Of a DNA stretch of 64,000 bases, positions 55,421-64,000 are shown in pieces. The stretch lies in assembly GCA_951406725.2 (NCBI GenBank), contig OX597817.1, positions 1,240,001 to 1,304,000 of the forward strand, in the 5' to 3' direction. Source of the DNA: Octopus vulgaris. Its lineage: Eukaryota. The position numbers and the translations under genes were made by a program. Below the pieces are notes generated by a model. The model saw only the letters and a list, made by a program, of their open reading frames with translations, did not search any database and was not told the DNA's origin. Position 1 is the stretch's first letter, and each line of letters opens with the position of its first letter.

Positions 55421-55441
55421 AAATAATGTACAACTGGAAAT

Positions 55442-55777
55442 AGTCAGAAGTGGTTGTCGAAGAATTTCTATGACTTCCCCAGGCCACATTTCTGTTCTCG
55501 CAACCTCCCTGACTGTAATCCCATGAATTACTGTGTGTGGAGGATGGAGAAAAACACCAACCGTTCTACTTGCAACACCAAAACCGAGCTGATGGTCAAG
55601 ATCCAGGAGTTGCTCGAAGATCTTCCCAGGGACCGTAACGAACGCATGCGCCAGGTTCCAAAAACCGTCTTGATATTGTTGGTATTGTTTGACCTTTTAA
55701 AATACTTTTATATTGGATAGGACATTGTGTTTTCTTCTACTTTTATGCAAACTGTCAAATTTAGCCAGAACACCCTG
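55442..55777 (+). mobile_element. Tc1/mariner-superfamily transposase C-terminal remnant
   Basis: SQKWLSKNFYDF..NLPDCNPMNYCVW..TNRSTCNTKTELMVKIQELLEDLPRD resembles the 'WPPNSPDLNP.DY.VW' motif; ends CAGAACACCCTG-TG. Confidence 0.7.
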
Positions 55778-55846
55778 TGTGTGTGTGTGTATCTATATGT
55801 ATATATATACATATATACAAATACACATATGCATATATATACATAT

Positions 55847-55889
<43 letters not shown>

Positions 55890-56369
55890 TATACATACAT
55901 ATATATACACATATATATATACACTTATATGTATATATATACACACACATATATATGTATGTATACAAGCAATCTAACATACATATGTTCATATGTATAC
56001 GTGTGAATGTTTGTGTGTTATATATATAGAAACATATATTAGCTAAATATATGTTAGCATTCATTCATACATACATTCATTCTGCATATATATACAGAGA
56101 TACACATATCTGTTCGTACATCTCTGTGTGAACGTATATCTGTGTGTGTGCGCATTAATTCATACACAAGCAGTGCAAAATTTCCCATCTTTATGTCGGC
56201 CGCTACATGACACCAGTACGACTGTGATAAGTGGAAAGGTCACTGTAATACAAACTGCTGGGTTTGTGGGTCGGTCGGTTTGTAAAGATGTTTCCGTACG
56301 TACCAAGAAGCGTCATTGCATGCCAAGAATTTGTATAAGATTTACTATCTGAAGAATAACACCATCTCA

Positions 56370-56830
56370 AACATTGCCACCAGCGACGGCGGTGTGGGTA
56401 ACAAATTCGGCAACGGCAAAAAAAAAACAAAACAAAAACAGTGGCAACAACGACGGTTAATAGTCATGACGACGACGACGACGACAGCGAAGAAAAGGGG
56501 TCAACAGGAATAAAGGAGGGCAATCACCAAATAACCACGGCATTATTAGCCGCACCATCATCATACTATTATCTTCGTCGTCGTCGTCGTCGTCGTCGTC
56601 GCTTTCATAATCACTATTGACCGTGGACTCTCCTCTTTCTTCCAAATCATACGACGACGACGACGACCACCACCACCACCACCACCACGAAAGCAACTAC
56701 CACTACCACCATTGCCACCATCACTACCACCACAACCATTGCCACCACCACTACTACCACCACCACCACCACCACCACCACCACCGTTGCCATCACTGTT
56801 GCCACCACCGCCACCACTGTTGCCACCATG
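56370..56830. repeat. (GAC)n/(CAC)n low-complexity tract
   Basis: Read directly. Confidence 0.85.
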
Positions 56831-57204
56831 TCCCTTAGTAGCTGACGATATGTGCATCTCTGATCACGAGCAGAAGAAGTGGGGGAACCATCATAGCCGT
56901 GTGTCGAGAGGGATTCTTTGGGGTTTGAATAATTCACCTCTGGAAACATGGATATTTTGTTCAACATCCTTAAACAACCCTTATTCAGGGACCTTTTGAG
57001 CGGGATGGGGTTACTCGACCAGAAGAAAATTCTAACTGGGCTCCACCTGCAAGGTCATGTGCTGTTTACCTTGATATGAGATCACCATGGTTGTGATGCA
57101 TGTGCCTAGTGTACCCTTATCGGACAGATAGTCATGATGAGTATACTGGGCTTCGTATATTTTACCCCAGTGTCACTTTGATGACATGCACTGCTCTCTC
57201 ACTC

Positions 57205-57283
<79 letters not shown>

Positions 57284-57480
57284 GTATGAAATTTTGGCAC
57301 AAGGCCAGCAATTTCGGGGGAGCAGTAAGTTGATTATATCGACTCCACTGTACAACTGGTACATATTTCATCGACCCCGAAAGAAAGATAGGCAAAGTCG
57401 ACCTCAGTTGAATTGGAACTCAGAACGAAAAGCCGGAAGAAATACTGCAAAGAATTTTATCCGGCGTGCTAACGATTCTG
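57284..57480 (-). mobile_element. SINE family A with (AAT)n tail
   Basis: TTTTGGCACAAGGCCAGCAATTTC..ATCGACCCCGAAAG..AAAGTCGACCTC..GAACTCAGAACG..GGCGTGCTAACGATTCTG. Confidence 0.85.
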
Positions 57481-57974
57481 TACTGATCCTTAACTTTTGA
57501 AATGCTTAGGCTCTGGAAAAGAGATATGATGCTATTCCATGGAGTGAAACATCGTTTCCGGATCATAAAGCTACGCCCACGGTTCATATCTTGTGTCTCC
57601 ATGTCGAAAATAATCATATCTTGGCTTCAACAACTTCCTGTAGATCAGAGCGATTTCCACCATTCTCTCCTCCAAACTATGTGTAAAGTTTACATAGACT
57701 TTCCGATAACCAATCGGAAGGAGCACTGTCGAAACGTAAGGTGTATCATGGACATTTTAAAGCAGTTGGAATTCATCCCTCTACAGTTCTTCGTATTCTT
57801 TTCTCCAAAGGGAGAAAAGAATACGAAGGATCGACTGTAATACTGAAGTGATACTTTATCGGCTCTGCAAGGGTGAAATGCAAATTCTACATTGTTGGGA
57901 TTTGAATTAAGAGAAGAAAAATCTTGAAGAAATAACGAAAGCCTTCGATCCTCTGTCAAATCGTAGTCTTTTAG

Positions 57975-58173
57975 TCCTTTACTTGCTTCAGTCATTTGAT
58001 CGCGCCTATGCTGGAGTACACTTTAAAGAGATTTAGTCGAAGAAATCGACCCCAGGACTTATTATTTGTAAGCCTAGTACTTATTCTATCGAACTTTTTT
58101 GACGAACCTCAAAATTACGTGTATCTAAACATACCAGCATCGGTTGTCAAGCGATGGCGGGAAACACACACAC

Positions 58174-58220
<47 letters not shown>

Positions 58221-58752
58221 TTTTGTTTTGTTTTTTATCTTTACCGTTATTGTTTTTAGGTTTTTGTATTCTTATTGGTGTCACGTATTCTGTATTTTTG
58301 TTCGTGTACTTCGTTCGTTTTCCGTCCTCGTGTTGTATACATTCGAAGCTTTCTTCCAAGGGATCTAATGCGCTTGGCTTAGATTTTCCTTTGGGGGCTG
58401 CCCAGATCGGAGCAATCTCAAGATTAATCAGCCGAAATTGCGAAGATGATCTGGTTCTTGACTGATGACTGAGGGCTTCGAATGTCCCGTCCTGTGGTTC
58501 TTGTGTCGTCTCTTTGGTGTTTCATGTTCTTGTCCATGTCTGTATTTATTTTTTACTGTTTACATATATATATATATATATATATACTACGGGCTTCTTT
58601 CAGTTTCTCACTACCAAATCTACACCAAAGCTTTGATCGGCCCGAGGCTATAGGAGAAGACACTTGCCCAAGGTATAACGCAGTGAGACTGAACCTGGAG
58701 CCATGTGGTTGGGAAGCAAGTTCTTTTTCCCCCACAGAGCCACGTCTGCACC
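57975..58752 (-). mobile_element. SINE family C split by a ~340-bp insertion (58219-58560) in its internal (TA)n
   Basis: 57975-58175 matches 18200-18400 and 58590-58752 matches 18418-18580. Confidence 0.8.
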
Positions 58753-60505
58753 TATTGTATATCTTATACATTTCAATCGTGGTTCTTTTTAGTGTGTTAC
58801 AGTAAAATATTCAGGTTTAAATGACCGAGAAATTTTAATCATCCACAAGTAATTTTCTTTTCACAATTTACTGCATACAATACAAATTGTTCAGTAAAGG
58901 AAACGGAGGAACAACACACAGACACGCACATATACACGCGTGCACGCGCATGCGCGCACACACAAACACACACACACAAAACAAAAAAGAGGGAAAACAA
59001 CATAGAAATAAAAATATTATTGCGTTCGATCTCTCTTTTTTTTTTATTCATAACTTCAGAAGTTTCCGACAGTGACAGAGAGGCGGAAAACATTAAATAA
59101 ACGAAATCCAAAGGAAAAATCCTGGGTAAAAAGAAATCTGAACTCATGGAAAGTTCATTAATGACTGAATGAAACAGCCGTCAGATGGGGTGGGTGTATA
59201 AGTACAAGAATATATATACATAATTTTTTTTTTAAATATAGCCAAGCATACATTCGACAAAACGCCACATACTACTGTAAATACTCAGATATATACGTAC
59301 ACGTGCACAGATGCAAACAACATAACAACACGAATATTAATCAAGCAGTAAGAAGTTTATTTTATTTGTAACCTTGCCACCAAGTAGGTGGCTAATCATA
59401 ACAAGTGCAATGAAAACATTCCCAAACGCAACTCTTCCTTTTACTCATCTTTCCCTTGTACCAGAGATTGCATCAATGTACGCTCGTCTCCTCCATTCCG
59501 CCACACACACACACACACACACACTCACACGCATATAAACACGCATATACACACATTCACATATATAGACACACACACACACACAGATATATTCATTAGT
59601 AAATATTAAGTATAACGTACAAGTTATGATGAGATGTCAAAATTACTTTGCGAAGTGAGTTAGGGATGAATGGTGAGAAGGTCCTGCGTTAGAAAATATT
59701 TCAATTCTCCCATCAATATCATGGGATTCGAAAAATCCATCGAGGAACATACATACATATATATACATCCATCTATCCATCCGTCCGTCCATCCATCCAT
59801 CCATCCATACATACATATATACATGCATACATGTAGAGTGTCAATGCAGCTGAAATCTAGAAGATATTTACAGTAAACTGCGCAACATGCCCAAACATTC
59901 ACGCACGACCAGCTATATATCTTTATGAGCAGAGCAACGGATTCAGCTGATTTGGAAATTAGTTGGGGAGAAACAGAGAATAGCGTTTATATTGTGTGTA
60001 TATATATATATATACGGTCAATACACACATTGTATGCATGTGCTTTGTACGCATACATGCTCGTGTGTGTGTGATTGAAGCCATTCACACGTACATATAT
60101 GCATACATAACAACATTTGTCTGTCTGTTTTTGCCTGTCAATCACTCAGTAAAGACGAAATTTTAAAAATCTGTTATCTCTCTCTCTCTCTCCCCTCTCT
60201 CTCTCCCTCTCTCTCTCCCTCTCCCTCTCCCTCCCTCTCTTTACACCGTCGCTAGAAGGGGACTTAATTCATGTTTTGTAAACAATAATGGCGTCACTAC
60301 AGTGGATTTCTCCGCCGTGAAAATTGAAGTTATGGCTCAAAATTATTTACCGCTATTCGCGGGTGCCTCGGGGGAAAATAATTTGACGATAATACAGCTA
60401 GAATCGTGACGAATGTCCTCCTAAAATTTGAACGACATGCGTGCTAATTTATGGATGTGCATAAACAACATTCACGTACACGCACACATCCTGCCTTATA
60501 TATAC

Positions 60506-60556
<51 letters not shown>

Positions 60557-60560
<4 letters not shown>

Positions 60561-61057
60561 AAATATTGAATTTCTAAATCTCTCGTAGAGACATGTACGG
60601 TGGTGGGGCGATAGAATGGTTGTATACTGTCAATCTAACAAGAACGTGACAGTAGGGGGGGGGTACACCACCGCTGTATAGCCCATGGAAGCATCGAAAT
60701 CCTCCTGATAGCTTTGACACATTTTTTCCCTGTGTCCTTATATACATATACGAAGGGGAGACAAACACCCCCGGCTGCCGGAACTGCATCTAGGGACACC
60801 GTGTTTCAGGATCGTTGTCCTTCATCGGCCTAGAGTAGCAGACACCGATCGGCTGGTGATATTTGCCTCGACTTCGTAATTGTATATACATATATTCAGT
60901 GAAGTTTATTCACTGATTATCAAAATAAGAAATATTGAATTTCTAAATCTCTCGTAGAGACATGTACGGTGGTGGGGCGATATAATGGTTGTATACTGTC
61001 AATCTAACAAGAACGTGACACGTTCTTGTTAGATTGACAGTATACAACCATTCTATA
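60557..61057 (-). mobile_element. Retrozyme-like unit: 369-bp monomer + 95-bp terminal redundancy + 38-bp terminal inversion, inserted in (TA)n
   Basis: 60557-60651 matches 60926-61020 (one mismatch seen); 61019-61057 is the reverse complement of the repeat's end; central hammerhead. Confidence 0.8.
60790..60833 (-). ncRNA. Type-I hammerhead ribozyme motif
   Basis: Minus strand CTAGG-CCGATGA-AGGA(CAACGA)TCCT-GAAA-CACGGTG-TC-CCTAG: perfect stems I and II, short stem III, GUC triplet, U4-to-C core variant. Confidence 0.8.
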
Positions 61058-61073
61058 TATATATATATGCGTC

Positions 61074-61138
<65 letters not shown>

Positions 61139-62156
61139 GTGCGCGCGCATGCATACTTGCGTGCATGCGTGCGTGTGGAAACACAAGTAAGTAGGAAATA
61201 GGAAAGAGGGAACATAATACTGAAGGAAAATTCTTAAAATATTTTCATCAAAGCAGAAACTTAAAATTTTGCACTTCCAGCGTTTCGCAACTTCGAGCAT
61301 CGGAGACTTTGTGTGTGGGTGCAACTATTTATAGCTTCATCTATTTGTGAGTTCCATCGAATATTCTCGTTTCTCTGTGTTCTCTTCGTTATAAGACAAA
61401 AAAAAGACCAAATAATAAAGAGGATCTTAACCAAATATCTTTGAGGCAATACTCTGCGTCAAATGCATTTACAGAAAAATACGACGCAAAACACCAAAAT
61501 AAAACTATTCCAAATCGTAATGGAAACTTAGATGCAACTTCTCTCGTCGATCACACCGTGATACCAGCCACCGGAGATATGCAATAAAATATTTAGCAAC
61601 AGTTGATGTTTAGCGATTTGCTCTAAATAACTTCGGGTCAAGGTAGATCTGTTGCGAAGAAATGTCATACAATACAACGCAGCAACTTCTGAGGGAGTTG
61701 AGGAGGAACAAGTTTTATAACAGGAAGCTATGAAAAAAAATATATATAAGTAGAAACTATCAAACTGGGTGTGGTGTAGTTTCTATTTTCCTGACAACTA
61801 ATCTCATTTTTCGCAATTTTATATCCTCTAAAATATGGTCGGTTGAGATAGTTACCTTGAGGCCTCTCAGTTGCAATGTTTTTAATATATGCATTTAAAT
61901 TTAGACATAAAATGTATGAAACTGGTGGGTATTTATACAAGATGGTGACACGAACGAATCCGATCGCATAGTTTTCGTCGCAGCAACAGTGCTATTAATA
62001 ATAATTTTTCAACTTCGGTACATTTTGGTAATTGATGCATTCGACTTAACTTATTTTCATACATGAATGAAGCCCATTTTGTCGTTTACCACCGTGAGAT
62101 GAAAAGTAAATTCTAGAAAAGACTCTTCCTCATGATGCTAATAATGATGAGGATTG

Positions 62157-62188
<32 letters not shown>

Positions 62189-63441
62189 CGAGGCCTGATC
62201 CAATTTGAACTAGCTTACAAAACAACCACAATTGGACTGGCCAAATATCTTGAAATAACGAATGACTGGATGCTAAAGCTCGTGGAAAATCACGAGAGAC
62301 GAAAGAAGCTTCATTCTATCATAAAGGAAAGCAAAAAATTTGCTATTGATCTCATGCAGGATACCCAAACTGAACAACCCGAGGGAAGTACGGCAACTAT
62401 TGTTGCAAAGAAGGTGAAAATGATGGCAATGAAAAAAGAGGGAAGTATGGCAACTATTGTTGCAAAGAAGGTGAAAATAATGGCAACGAAAAAAGCGCAC
62501 GAGCAATTGGCTGATAGGTGGGAGGAGAAACCTCTGCACGGCAAATATGTGGCCCGCAGCAAACAAGCTGATGTTGACCAGAAGCAAACCCATCAGTGGC
62601 TATAGAGCTCAGGGCTAAAAGCAGAGAGCGAAGGTTTCATCCTGGCTGCTCAAGACCAAAGCCTATTAACCCGGAACTACCAGGCCAATGTGATGAAAAA
62701 TGGAGCAGACCCAAAATGCCGATTCTGCAACGACATGATTGAAACAGTGGACCACTTAATCTCTGGATGTAAAGTCTTAGCACCAGTGGAGTATAAATTA
62801 AGACATGACAGAGTTGGCCAATATCTACACTGGCTAATAAGTCGGCATTACAATATCAAAACTGCCGGCAAGTGGTATAATCACCACCCTGAGGCTGTAA
62901 CTGAAGGAGAAAATGTAACCATTCTGTGGGACTTTCCAGTACATACAGACCGAACCATCAAGGCCAATAAACCAGATATTGTTGTGAAAGACCAAAACAA
63001 TAAAGTTTGCTTATTGATCGACATGAGCATCCCCTGTGATCATAATATCTCAGCGAAAGAGTTTGACAAGCTCAGAAAATATAAAGACCTACTCATTGAA
63101 ATTGAGAAAATGTGGCATCTCAAGGCGGTTACAATACCAGTGATCGTAGGAGCACTAGGAATGATCAAGAAGGGAACCGAAAATTATATGAGAATGATCC
63201 CTGGCTTACCATCCCTGAAAGAAGTGCAAAAGATTGTCTTAACTGGTACATCACACGTATTGAGAAGAGCATTGTCGATGTGAGAACTATTACTACCCAT
63301 GTATTTTAATTTAACTTAAAAAAAAACGAACTATTCAGTTTGGTTTGATGGCCTACCGGTGTGTACTATGAGTTTCTTTGCCCAAGGAGTCGGGAAGACA
63401 CTCGGCAAGAAATGGAAGCAAATTTGAAAGAGAAAAAAAAA

Positions 63442-63442
<1 letters not shown>
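62189..63442 (+). mobile_element. Second R4/Dong-clade LINE copy, further 5'-truncated; TAG at 62603-62605; 57-bp in-frame duplication
   Basis: Near-identical to 42910-44120; 3' end in (TAA)n, 5' junction in (GAT)n. Confidence 0.9.
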
Positions 63443-63487
<45 letters not shown>

Positions 63488-63489
<2 letters not shown>

Positions 63490-63650
63490 GTTTTTAATTT
63501 TGGTACAAGGCCAGCAATTTCAGGGGAACGGATTAAGTCGATTACATCGATCCGAGTACGTGATTCGTACTTAATTTATCGACCCCAAAAGGATATAAGG
63601 TAAAGTCGACCTCGGTAGAATTTGAACTCAGAACGTAAAGATTACGAAAT
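63488..63650 (-). mobile_element. SINE family A fragment; its TAA-repeat tail adjoins the Dong 3' end
   Basis: TTTTGGTACAAGGCCAGCAATTTC..GATTAAGTCGATTACATCGA..AAAGTCGACCTCGGTAGAATTTGAACTCAGAACGTAAAG. Confidence 0.8.
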
Positions 63651-64000
63651 GCATTTGTGCGAACTGGAACAACATGAAATAAAACGTCTTTCAACAAGGA
63701 CACAACGACCTTACGATCGTGGGTCGAATTCCTTAACCACTAAGCCACGCACTTCCACATGATGAACACAAAGCGTTGTGTTTGCGACCAAAGACATATA
63801 CAATATTTCATTTTATATGGGATTGAACAGAAGAATATATAACTTATTAAATTCTAAGGATAATAATAACAATTGGTGTATACTGCACCGCTCATCTTAC
63901 TAAGAGTGTTAAGAGATATTTGATTCAAAGATAACTGAAGCCTTAACGTGCGTAAACAAACAGCTATGCACAGCATTTCAATGTATTCTGCAAATCTAAC

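Larger units (their letters stand above)
53795..55441 (-). mobile_element. Penelope/Poseidon-type retroelement, 5'-truncated, with inverted terminal repeats and 11-bp TSD
   Basis: CAACTGGAAAT at 53795-53805 and 55431-55441. The 3' repeat 53806-54040 (minus) is mirrored by 55092-55430 (plus), with the RT-EN coding region between. Confidence 0.88.

Overview
Eukaryotic, AT-rich, repeat-saturated DNA. The SINE and microsatellite make-up resembles an octopus or other cephalopod genome (inference). I found no convincing host protein-coding exon; nearly all ORFs in the track are translations of microsatellites. The real coding remnants are all from transposons: two 5'-truncated Penelope-like elements (RT + GIY-YIG; 20.6-23.0 kb on +, 53.8-55.4 kb on -), two closely related R4/Dong-type restriction-like-endonuclease LINE 3' halves ending in (TAA)n, Tc1 and mariner fragments, RTE, CR1 and L1/Tx1 remnants, a hAT-type MITE, and many tRNA-derived SINEs from three families. 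The most striking unannotated layer is a dense set of minimal type-I hammerhead ribozyme (HHR) motifs from several sequence families. One family is a Penelope terminal repeat built as tRNA-derived Pol III head + (AAT)n + HHR, which also occurs alone as head-to-head palindromes. Two others are ~345-370 bp greater-than-unit, retrozyme-like repeats. The first Penelope also carries a phased CCAAT/CRE promoter array in its 3' region. All ribozyme and promoter calls are motif readings made by eye and are untested.
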